Source: Candidatus Melainabacteria bacterium (lineage in GTDB: Bacteria > Actinomycetota > Actinomycetes > Mycobacteriales > Pseudonocardiaceae). Taken from it: a stretch of DNA of 64,000 bases. The notes below the pieces were generated by a model, which did no database searches, was not told the origin of the DNA, and worked only from the letters and a program-made list of their open reading frames with translations. The stretch lies in the NCBI GenBank assembly GCA_963757325.1, contig CAVWRF010000015.1, positions 9,010-73,009 on the forward strand. The letters run 5' to 3'. Position numbers and translations under genes: made by a program. This document shows positions 9,334-18,200 of this stretch, piece by piece. Positions within the stretch are counted from its first letter, which is position 1; each line of letters opens with the position of its first letter.

Positions 9334-10448
9334 CAATGGTGGAGGTACCCGGCCCGGCACGTGCGGGCCGGGCGGTGTCGGACACCCGGACGCTGGTGTT
9401 GTCCGGGTGGTCCGCGGTGACCGCCTACGGGATGGGTCGCGACTCGCTGCGGGAGGGCGTGCTGTCCGGCAGGTCGGCGATCGTCGACGTCGACCGGGAC
9501 GGGGCAGCGGGCACGTCCGACCGGGTGGCCGCCGTGCCCGGGTTCAACGCGGCGGATCACTTGGGGCGCAAGGGAACCCGCACGATGGGCCGATCGGTGG
9601 CATTCGCCGTCACCGCGATCGACCAGTTGCTGCGGGAACTGGGCCCCGACGTCACGGCCGATCCGGAGCGGATCGGGCTGGTGCTCGGCGTCGGCCAGGG
9701 CAACGTGCAGGTCGCGATGGAGTTCACCCGCGGCGCGCTGACCGCGACCAGGCCGTACCAGGTGGACGCCATCCGGTTCCCGGACACGTTCCTCAACCGG
9801 GCGGCGGGGCACAGCGCGATCTGGCACCGTCTCAAGGGGCCGAACACGACCATCGCGGGCGGCAGGCTGTCCGCGTTGCTTGCGCTGAGCTACGCGACGC
9901 GGCTGCACGACAACGGACACTGTCCCCGGCTGCTGGTCGGTGCCACCGAGGAGTACTCGGCGGCACGCGCGATGCTGGCCGACGCGACGGGCGTCTCGCC
10001 GGAACTGGGCGAGGGCAGCGTCGTGGCCCTGCTGGAGTCGGCCACCGACGCGGCCGACGCGGGCCGTACCCCGGTGGCCACCGTGCTGGCGACGCACTTC
10101 CGGGCCTGCCCGGAGCCGGCAGCCGGTGCCCTCGAACTGGCGGCGTGTGTCGGTGCGGTGCTCACCAAGGCCGGTGCCACGGCCGACCGGATCCGGCTGG
10201 TCGCGCCGCTGGACCTGTATCCGGAGCACGAGGCGGCAGGCATCCACGAGGTGATCGGCCACGCCCGGCCGCACTGGCTGCACTGCCGTCCGCTGCTGGG
10301 CGACGCGTTCGGCGCGTCGGCGGCCCTGCAGCTCGGGGCCGCGCTGGCCGTCGGGCAGTACTGGCCGGACCCCGGTGACCTGGCTCTGGTCACCGGCATC
10401 GAGCAGGACGGCACCGTCGGCGCCGCACTGCTCGGGCGTCCCGTTTGA
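9330..10448 (+). CDS. KS-beta / chain-length-factor-like protein (no active-site Cys)
   Basis: ATGA overlap with the KS stop. KS fold (GMGRDSL...GRKGTRTMGRS...), but TIAGGRLSAL replaces the Cys motif. Confidence 0.8.
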   Translation: MTMVEVPGPARAGRAVSDTRTLVLSGWSAVTAYGMGRDSLREGVLSGRSAIVDVDRDGAAGTSDRVAAVPGFNAADHLGRKGTRTMGRSVAFAVTAIDQLLRELGPDVTADPERIGLVLGVGQGNVQVAMEFTRGALTATRPYQVDAIRFPDTFLNRAAGHSAIWHRLKGPNTTIAGGRLSALLALSYATRLHDNGHCPRLLVGATEEYSAARAMLADATGVSPELGEGSVVALLESATDAADAGRTPVATVLATHFRACPEPAAGALELAACVGAVLTKAGATADRIRLVAPLDLYPEHEAAGIHEVIGHARPHWLHCRPLLGDAFGASAALQLGAALAVGQYWPDPGDLALVTGIEQDGTVGAALLGRPV

Positions 10449-10762
10449 CCGGGACGCACCACCTGGTCCGCGAGGTCTCGATCTCACCGGACGAACCGCT
10501 GTTCGCCGGGCACTACCCGGGTTTCCCGGTGGTGCCCGGCATGTTCGTGCTGGAACTGGTGCACAGGGCGGTCTGCGCCGAGCGCGGCATCGCCGGTGTG
10601 CCGGTTTCCGTTGTGCGGGCGCAGTTCCACCGGCCGGTGCGGCCGGGGGAGTCGCTGCGGATCGTGGTGAACTCGGTGGGTGGGGACGTGGTGGCGAAGG
10701 TGGACGTGGGCGGCGAGCCGGCGGCCGAGTTGAGGCTGCGGTATCCGGAGGTCGCGTCGTGA
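10445..10762 (+). CDS. Hotdog-fold (FabZ/FabA-like) dehydratase subunit carrying the His motif
   Basis: TTGA overlap with the upstream stop. LFAGHYPGFPVVPGMFVLELV matches the FabZ F.GHFP..PV.PG motif. Short, 105 aa. Confidence 0.7.
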   Translation: MTGTHHLVREVSISPDEPLFAGHYPGFPVVPGMFVLELVHRAVCAERGIAGVPVSVVRAQFHRPVRPGESLRIVVNSVGGDVVAKVDVGGEPAAELRLRYPEVAS

Positions 10763-11202
10763 AAGGGGATCGGGCCGCCATCGAGGCCGTGCTCGCGCAT
10801 CGGGAACCGATGCTGTTCGTCGATCGGGTGTCCGAAGTGGAGCCCGGGGTGCGCCTGGTCGCGCATCGTGTCGTGACCGGGCGGGAGCCGTGGTACCCGT
10901 TCGGTTCCGGCGTGCCGTGCCCGCCCGGGTTGTTGCTGGAGTCGTGGGCTCAGGCGGCCGTGCTGCTGACCCGCTGGGCCGATCCGGACGCGGTGGCCGG
11001 GCAGGTGGAGTTGCTCACGATGTTCCGGGGGGCCGAGGTGTTGCGGGCCGTGCTGCCGGGCGACGAACTGGTGCACAGCGTGCGGGTGGACAAGGTCGTC
11101 CGCGGTGCGGCTGTCGTGTCGGGCGGGGCCACCGTGGGTGGGTCGCCGGTGTTGGAGATCGGCATGTGCGTCATCGCGCGGCGTGCCGCCGGTCAGCTCT
11201 GA
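10759..11202 (+). CDS. Hotdog-fold dehydratase partner subunit (lacks the GH.P His motif)
   Basis: GTGA overlap. AHREPMLFVDRV resembles the FabZ N-terminal HRYPFLLVDRV, and LLLESWAQ contains a Glu. The GHFP-type His motif is absent. Confidence 0.65.
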   Translation: MKGDRAAIEAVLAHREPMLFVDRVSEVEPGVRLVAHRVVTGREPWYPFGSGVPCPPGLLLESWAQAAVLLTRWADPDAVAGQVELLTMFRGAEVLRAVLPGDELVHSVRVDKVVRGAAVVSGGATVGGSPVLEIGMCVIARRAAGQL

Positions 11203-11255
11203 CGCGCGGAATGCGGGACCGGTCCGTATCGGACCGGCCCCGCACTCGTCCCCGC

Positions 11256-12860
11256 TCAGCCCTTGCCGTGCAGCTTGCGGAGGTATTCGTAGGTGCTCGG
11301 CAGGTTCGCGGCCAGCTCCTTCTGCTTGGCCTTGATCCCCTCGAACACCGGCTCGGCCCTGTCCATCATGTCCTGGCGCGCCGCCAGCATCGGCAGCGTG
11401 TGCTCGGGCAGGTAGTCAAGGCCGGCGAAGATGCAGTAGTAGTTGCTGTTGTTCCAGAAGTTGCGGAACTCGGCGTCGAAGTTCGCGTAGTACGTGCTCT
11501 CGTCGGTGATCGGCATGTTCACCGGGAGGCCCGCCTTGTACATGGCGATCTTCTCCGTGATGTCGTCCGAGAGCTCCAGCTCCTTGCAGGCCCGCCAGAA
11601 CGCGGTGTCCTCGCGCGGCGCGAAGCTGAAGTGGGCCTGCAGGAAGTCCCGGGTGTCGTCGAACATCGTCTCGATCTCCGCGTTGAACTTGCGCAGCAGG
11701 ATCGGGTCGAACCGCTTGTCCGGGAAGTGCTTCGCCAGTTGGTACAGCGCCGCGTAGGTGAAGTAGATGCCGGTGGACTCCAGCGGCTCCAGGAAGCACG
11801 ACGCGAGGCCGATGCTGACGCAGTTGCGCACCCACGCGCGGCGGTTGCGGCCGACCCGGAACTTGATCTGGTTCAGCGGCTGCGTCTCCGGGTCCAGCCC
11901 CCACATGTTGCAGAACTCGAGCGTGGCGTCGTCACGGGACTGGAAGCGGCTGGAGAACACGTAACCCGTGCCGAACCGCCCCAGCATCGGGATCTTCCAC
12001 GCCCAGCCGGACGACATCGCGATCGAGCCGGTGTACGGCTCGACGCCCTCGGCCTCGTCGTCGTGCTGGATGGCCGTGGCGACGGCACTGTCGTTGAGCA
12101 GGTGGTCGCTCATGTCCAGGAACGGCTCGCGCATCACGCCGTTGATCAGCAGCGCGCGGAAGCCCGAGCAGTCGATGAACAGGTCACCCTCGATGACCCT
12201 GCCGGTCTCGGTCGTGATCGACGTGATGTAGCCGCGCTCGTCGACCGTGGCCTCGGTCATCTTGTCCTGGATGTGGATCGCGCCCTGCTTCTGCACCGCG
12301 AACCGGCACAGGAACTCCGCGACCAGGTTCGCGTCGAAGTGCCACGCGTAGTTCGTCCACTTGGTGCCGTCCAGGTACCGGGGCGAGAGGTTCATGTCCA
12401 TGATCGGGGGCTCGCGGTAGCACGCGTAGTCGAACGGCTCGTCGGTCTGGCCGGTCAGCTTCTTGTGCGTCCAGTGGTGTGAGATCGGCAGGTTGTCGGA
12501 GTTCGCCAGCAGACCGAACAGGTGGTAGTAGTAGTCCTTCCCCTCGCCCAGCGGGCGCGGGTTCGCCTCACCGGCACCGGGGGTGCGCCAGTTGGTGAAC
12601 TTGATGCCCATCTTGAAACTGGCGTTGCACTCCCGCATCCACTCCTCCTCGGCGAAGCCGAGGTAGTCGAAGAACGTCTTGTGCAGGTTGGGCACGGTCG
12701 CCTCGCCGACGCCGATCCGGCCCACCTGCGGCGATTCGAGCACCGTGATGGACACCTCCGGCCCGAGCGCCTTGCCCAGGTACGACGCCGACATCCACCC
12801 GGCCGTACCGCCACCGAGGACGACGACCCGCTTGATGCGATGATCTTCCACCGCTGACAT
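11256..12860 (-). CDS. Flavin-dependent tryptophan-type halogenase
   Basis: 534 aa. [17 protein letters not shown] (GxGxxG), [10 protein letters not shown] and [19 protein letters not shown] (WxWxIP motif). Size and motifs are typical of PrnA/RebH-class enzymes. Confidence 0.9.
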   Translation of the reverse strand: MSAVEDHRIKRVVVLGGGTAGWMSASYLGKALGPEVSITVLESPQVGRIGVGEATVPNLHKTFFDYLGFAEEEWMRECNASFKMGIKFTNWRTPGAGEANPRPLGEGKDYYYHLFGLLANSDNLPISHHWTHKKLTGQTDEPFDYACYREPPIMDMNLSPRYLDGTKWTNYAWHFDANLVAEFLCRFAVQKQGAIHIQDKMTEATVDERGYITSITTETGRVIEGDLFIDCSGFRALLINGVMREPFLDMSDHLLNDSAVATAIQHDDEAEGVEPYTGSIAMSSGWAWKIPMLGRFGTGYVFSSRFQSRDDATLEFCNMWGLDPETQPLNQIKFRVGRNRRAWVRNCVSIGLASCFLEPLESTGIYFTYAALYQLAKHFPDKRFDPILLRKFNAEIETMFDDTRDFLQAHFSFAPREDTAFWRACKELELSDDITEKIAMYKAGLPVNMPITDESTYYANFDAEFRNFWNNSNYYCIFAGLDYLPEHTLPMLAARQDMMDRAEPVFEGIKAKQKELAANLPSTYEYLRKLHGKG

Positions 12861-13079
12861 CCTTTCTGCACCGTCGTACGGCGCCCGACTGGTTTCGATC
12901 GCCGCACGCGAGATCCGTGTTCGCAGAGTGTTCAGGGGATTTTTCCCACGCGAGCGGGTTCTTACTCGGCTGGCGCTCCGCGGGAGTCGCTCCTCAAGTA
13001 ATTGTTGTCAATCTAGGTCGGCGGCGTCCGGGCTGTCAACGAATCCGCCGGGATGCCCCGTGCGAGAAGTTTCAAACTT

Positions 13080-13087
13080 TCTATATT
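13080..13087 (+). promoter_or_regulatory. TCTATATT box, copy 3 (upstream of the sbnB-sbnA-NRPS operon)
   Basis: Exact 8-mer about 125 nt upstream of ATG 13213, in the divergent halogenase/sbnB intergenic region. Confidence 0.4.
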
Positions 13088-13212
13088 TCCTCTGCCGTTG
13101 CGCATCCGCCCAGCTCGGAAAGTGTGCTGTCAGTGCGGTGTCAGCGGTTCGTCAGTGGCAGGCGCGATTATTGTCCGGTGTCGGAGGTCAGGGAATAGGG
13201 GTTGGCGAGAAC

Positions 13213-14247
13213 ATGTCGATGGCGGAGTCCCGGCCGGTCTTCTCGATCATTTCCGGAGCGCAGATCCATCGTGTTCTGTCCGGACGCGAAAAAAGCATTG
13301 TGGAGGCGATCGCACACACCTACCAGGCGCACGGCGCCGGCGGAACCGTCAATCCGCCGTCGTACTTCCTGCGTTTCCCCGACCGCCCCGGGTCGCGCAT
13401 CATCGCGCTGCCGGCGTCGCTGGGCGGGGCCGACGGGGTGGACGGGATCAAGTGGATCTCCAGCTTCCCCGGCAACATCACCAGCGGGCTGCCGCGCGCG
13501 TCCGCCGTGCTGATCCTCAACGACCCCGCGACCGGCTACCCGTACGCGTGCCTGGAGAGCTCGATCATCAGCGCCACGCGCACCGCCGCCTCCGCCGCGC
13601 TGGCCGCCGACCGGCTCAGCAGGGGCAGGCGACGCCCGCCGCGGATCGGGTTCTTCGGCACCGGCCTGATCGCGCGCTACATCCACCGGTTCCTGGCCGG
13701 CACCGGGTGGGCGTTCGACGACGTCGGCGTGCACGACACGAGCGCCGAGTACGCGGTGCGCTTCGCCGAGTACCTCACCGGCGCGGGCGAACCGGGCCGG
13801 ATCACCGTGCACGACACCGCGGAGGCGCTCATCCGCTCGGCCGATCTCGTGGTGTTCGCGACCACCGCGGGCGCGCCGCACGTGAGCGACCCGTCCTGGT
13901 TCGCGCACCGTCCGCTGGTGCTGCACGTGTCGCTGCGCGACCTGTCGCCGGACGTGATCCTCTCGGCCACCAACGTCGTGGACGACGTGGAGCACTGCCT
14001 GAAGGCGAACACGTCGGTGCACCTCGCCGAACAGCGCACCGGCGGCCGGGAGTTCCTGTCCGGGACGCTGCCCGAGGTGATGAGCGGAGCCGTGACCGTC
14101 GACCACGGCCGGCCCGTGGTGTTCTCACCGTTCGGGCTGGGCGTGCTGGACCTCGCGCTGGGCAGGCTCGTGCACGAGGAACTGCGGCAGGCGGGCGAAC
14201 TGGTGCACGTCGAGGACTTCTTCCACGATCTTCGCCGTTATGGCTGA
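13213..14247 (+). CDS. sbnB: SbnB-like NAD-dependent enzyme (ornithine cyclodeaminase family), Dap biosynthesis
   Basis: SRIIALPASLGGADGVDGIKWISSFPGN...ASAVLILNDPATGYPYACLESSIISATRTAA closely parallels staphyloferrin SbnB as I recall it. Start taken as ATG 13213, inside ORF 12928..14247. Confidence 0.8.
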   Translation: MSMAESRPVFSIISGAQIHRVLSGREKSIVEAIAHTYQAHGAGGTVNPPSYFLRFPDRPGSRIIALPASLGGADGVDGIKWISSFPGNITSGLPRASAVLILNDPATGYPYACLESSIISATRTAASAALAADRLSRGRRRPPRIGFFGTGLIARYIHRFLAGTGWAFDDVGVHDTSAEYAVRFAEYLTGAGEPGRITVHDTAEALIRSADLVVFATTAGAPHVSDPSWFAHRPLVLHVSLRDLSPDVILSATNVVDDVEHCLKANTSVHLAEQRTGGREFLSGTLPEVMSGAVTVDHGRPVVFSPFGLGVLDLALGRLVHEELRQAGELVHVEDFFHDLRRYG

Positions 14248-14262
14248 GCGCCGGGGGACGAG

Positions 14263-15255
14263 ATGCCGGTGATCACCCGCCCCGAGCAGTTCAACGTCGG
14301 CGACCTCTACGTGGCCATGGAGCCGATGTTCGACCTGCCGCTGTACCTCAAGTGCGAGGGCTTCAACTTCGCCGGTTCGGTGAAGCTGAAGGCGGCACTG
14401 GAGATGATCGAGGTGGCGGAGCGGTCCGGCGCGCTGCGGCCGGGCACGACGATCGTCGAGAGCTCGTCGGGCAACCTCGGCGTCGCGCTGTCCATGGTCG
14501 CCGCCAGCTACGGCTACGGCTTCGTGTGCGTCACCGACTCGCGCTGCACGGTCAGCGCTCAGCGGTTGATGCGGGCGCAGGGCGCGGACGTGCGCGTGGT
14601 GACCGAACCGGACGCCGAACGCGGGCTGCTCGGCGCGCGGCTGGCGCTGGTCGGGCGGCTGTGCCGGGAGAACGACAGGTACGTGTGGCTCAACCAGTAC
14701 GGCAATCCGGCGAACTGGGGCGCGCACGCGCGCACCACCGGTCCTGAGGTCCTCAAGGAGTTCCCGGAACTGGACGTGCTGTTCGTCGGCGCCGGCACCA
14801 CGGGCACGCTGATGGGCTGCGCGCGCTACCTGCGCGAGGAGAAGCCGTCGGTGCGGATCGTCGCGATCGACGCGGAGGGCTCGATCACGTTCGGGTTCCC
14901 GCCCGGGCCACGGCTGCTCCCCGGCCTCGGCACCGCGGTGCGGCCGGCGCTGCTGGACCGGTCCTACGTCGACGACGTCGTCCTGGTGTCCGAACTGGAC
15001 ACCGTGCGTGCCTGTCGGACCTTGCAGCGCAACGGTTTCCTGTTCGGCGGATCGACGGGGACGGTGGTCAGCGGTGCGCTGCGGTGGCTGGCCGAGCACG
15101 CGCCCGGTGGTGACGTGACCGCCGTGGCGATCGCGCCGGACCTCGGCGAGCGGTACCTGGACACCATCTACGACGACGAATGGGTGGTCGACCACTTCGG
15201 TGCCGGGGTGCTGGCCCCGGCGGGATCCGGCACCACCACGAGGAGCGATTCGTGA
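14263..15255 (+). CDS. sbnA: SbnA-like PLP-dependent enzyme (cysteine synthase fold), Dap biosynthesis
   Basis: GSVKLKAA (PLP Lys), IVESSSGNLGVALSM, WLNQYGNPANW, IVAIDAEGSITFG, LFGGSTGTVVSGA and IAPDLGERYLDTIYDDEW parallel SbnA. Confidence 0.85.
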   Translation: MPVITRPEQFNVGDLYVAMEPMFDLPLYLKCEGFNFAGSVKLKAALEMIEVAERSGALRPGTTIVESSSGNLGVALSMVAASYGYGFVCVTDSRCTVSAQRLMRAQGADVRVVTEPDAERGLLGARLALVGRLCRENDRYVWLNQYGNPANWGAHARTTGPEVLKEFPELDVLFVGAGTTGTLMGCARYLREEKPSVRIVAIDAEGSITFGFPPGPRLLPGLGTAVRPALLDRSYVDDVVLVSELDTVRACRTLQRNGFLFGGSTGTVVSGALRWLAEHAPGGDVTAVAIAPDLGERYLDTIYDDEWVVDHFGAGVLAPAGSGTTTRSDS

Positions 15256-18200
15256 CCACAGCACAGCGGCGCCAGGTGGCGGCGGACCGGACGGTGTTCC
15301 CGCTGATGGCCGGTCAGGCTGAGATCTGGTACGACGAGCGGTTCTCCGGCGGCACGCCCGCCTACAACTCCGGTGTGTGCGTGCACATCGACGGCCCGCT
15401 GGACGCGGGCGTGCTGGAGGCGTCGGTCCGGCAGTTGGTGGACGAGGCCGAGTGCACGCGGATCCGGTTCGTCGAACAGGACGGCCTGCCCCGGCAGACC
15501 GTGCGACAGCTCCCCACACTGCCGATGGGCTGGCACGACCTGTCCGGCCGGCCGGACCCGGACGCGGCCGCCCGGCGGTGGATCAACGCGGATCTGGTCC
15601 GCCCGTTCTCGATGACCGACTTCCCGCTGATGCGGCTGGCCGCGCTGCGGCTGGGCCCCGAGCGCACCCAGCTCTACCTGAACATCCACCACGCGGTCAG
15701 CGACGGCTTCAGCCATGTCGTGTACTGGCGGCGGTTCGCCGAGATCTACGCCGCGCGCGCCACCGGCGGCGACCCGGGCCGCGGCGCGCTGCCGCCGCTG
15801 CGGCTGCTGATCGAGGAGGAGGAGTCGTACCTGGGGTCCCGGTTCGAGCAGCGGGACAGGGCGTTCTGGCGGGACCGGTTCCCGAAGCCCACCGAGGTGA
15901 CGACGCTGTCCACCCGGTCGCCGGTGGACTCGCTGCCGCGTGAGTTCCTGCGCAGCACCAGCGTGCTGGACGAGCGGATCACCGGCGCGGTGCGCGCCGC
16001 GGCCGCCGGGGCCGGCGTGACCACCGGCGCGCTGCTGATGGCCGCGACATCGTTGTACGTCAACCGGATCACCGGCGCCCCCGACGTGACGCTGACCGTC
16101 GCGGCAGGCGCCCGGATGAGCGCCGCCGCGCGCAAGATCCCCGGCATGACGGCGAACTTCCTGCCGATGACGGTGCGCGTGGACCGTGCCGAGCAGCGGC
16201 CGGACCTGCTCCGGCGGACGTCGGCGGAGCTGGCCGGACTCCTCCGCCACCAGCGGTACCGCGTCGGCGCGATCCGCCGTGATCTCGGCCTGGGGGCCGA
16301 CGACCGGTGGCCGGCAGGGCCGTTCGTGAACATGCTGCCGCTGCTGGTCGCGCTGGACATGGGGCCGTGCGTGGGAACGGTGGAGAACATCACCACCGGT
16401 CTGGTCAGCGACATGATGGTGACCACTGTCGACACGCCGGGCGAGAACCTGCGACTGAACATCAACGGCAACCCCGATCTGTACCACCCGGACGAGGTGT
16501 CCGACCACCTGGCGCGGTTCGGCGCGTTCCTCGGCCGGTTCGCCGGCAGCGCGTCGGACACGCCGGTCGGTGACGTGCCGCTGCTCGGCTCGGTCGAGAT
16601 CGGCCGGTACGACCACATGTCGGCGGGCCCGGTGCGCGAGGACCCGCACCTGAGCGTGCCGGCGGCGATCCGCGCCGTCGCCGCGCAGGACCCGGACGCG
16701 GTCGCGCTGGTCGACGGCCGCGCGGACGACCCGCGCGAGGTGACGTACGGGCAGTTGGTGGCGCGCGCGAACGCGCTGACCCGGCGGCTGCCGGCTGTCG
16801 GGCTGGTCGGCGTGTTGGCCGGACCGGGCGCCGACTTCGTCGTCGGCGTGCTGGGTACGTGGGGTGCCGGCGCGGCGTACGTGCCGCTCGACGTGCGGGC
16901 ACCCGCCGCGCGCACCGCGGCCCTGGTGGCGGACAACGGGATCGGCTGCCTGCTGGTGGACGCGGAACACCGCGAACTGGCGGAGGAGGTCGTCGCGGGG
17001 TCCGATGTGGACATCCTGCTGCTCGCCGACGTCGAGGACGGGGAACTGGCCGCGCTGCCCGACGATCCGGCCGAACTGGCGTACGTGATCTTCACGTCCG
17101 GTTCCACCGGCACGCCGAAGGGCGCGATGGTGCAGCACGGCGGCATGGTGAACCACCTGCGCGCCAAGATCGAGGATCTGCGCCTCGCGTCGACCGACCT
17201 GGTGGTGGCCAACGCGCCGCTCACCTTCGACATCTCCGTGTGGCAGCTCTTCGCGGCGCTGCTGGTCGGCGGCCGGGTGCGGATCGTGCCACGGGAGGTC
17301 GCCGCCGACCCGAACCTGCTGTTCCCGCTGACCGTGCGGGACGGCGGGACGGTGCTGGAGGTGGTGCCGTCGCTGCTGCGCGCCGCGTTGGACTCGTGGG
17401 ACGCGCTGGACGGTGGCCCCCGGCTGCGTGGCCTGCGCTGGCTGCTGGTCACCGGTGAGGCGATGCCGGTCGAGCTGTGCCGTCGGTGGTTCGCGCGCGA
17501 GCCGAAGGTGCCGGTGCTCAACGCGTACGGCCCGACCGAGTGCTCGGACGACGTGACACACGCGGTGCTGACGGCGAAGGACGGCGTTGCCACCACCGCG
17601 CAGCGGCGGGTGCCGATCGGCCGTGCGGTGCGCAACACGGCGCTGTACGTGCTGGGTGACGACCTGTGCGCGGTGCCGCGTGGCGCGATCGGCGAGCTGT
17701 ACGTCGGCGGCTGTGGCGTCGGCCGTGGCTACCTCGGTGACCCGGTGAAGACGTCGGCCACGTTCCTGCCCGACCCGTTCGCCGGCCGGGGAGCGCGGAT
17801 GTACCGCACCGGTGACCGGGTCGTGTGGCGGCCGGACGGCCAGTTGGAGTTCGTGGAACGCCGCGACCACCAGGTGAAGGTGCGCGGCAACCGGATCGAG
17901 CTGGCCGAGGTCGAGGCCGCGATGCACGGGCTGCCTCGGGTGCGCGACGCTGCCGTGGCCGTGTTCGGCGAGTCGGGCAGGCAGCGGCTGATCGGCTACG
18001 TCGTGCCAGCGGGCCCGGCCACGATCGACCTGGAACTGCTGCGCGAACGGCTGGCCGGTGTGCTGCCCGAGTACATGGTGCCCTCGGTCCTCATGACGCT
18101 GCCGGCGCTGCCGCTGACGTCGCACGGCAAGGTGGACCGCAAGGCGCTGCCCGAACCGGAGACGGCGACCGTCACCGCGCGCGAGGGCAGGGGTGCGGAG

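Noticed and set aside
12928-13212. 5' extension of the sbnB-like ORF.
   Set aside because: It would run through the divergent promoter region and the TCTATATT box. Homology to SbnB begins just after ATG 13213.
15168-18125. 985-aa ORF antisense to NRPS-1. Similar giant antisense ORFs occur at 21534..26000, 27768..30104, 19565..21427, 32170..34677 and 8877..10781.
   Set aside because: Their translations are Arg/Pro/Gly/His-rich low-complexity strings with no motifs. The opposite strand carries complete, motif-rich domains. This is the usual stop-codon depletion of very GC-rich DNA.
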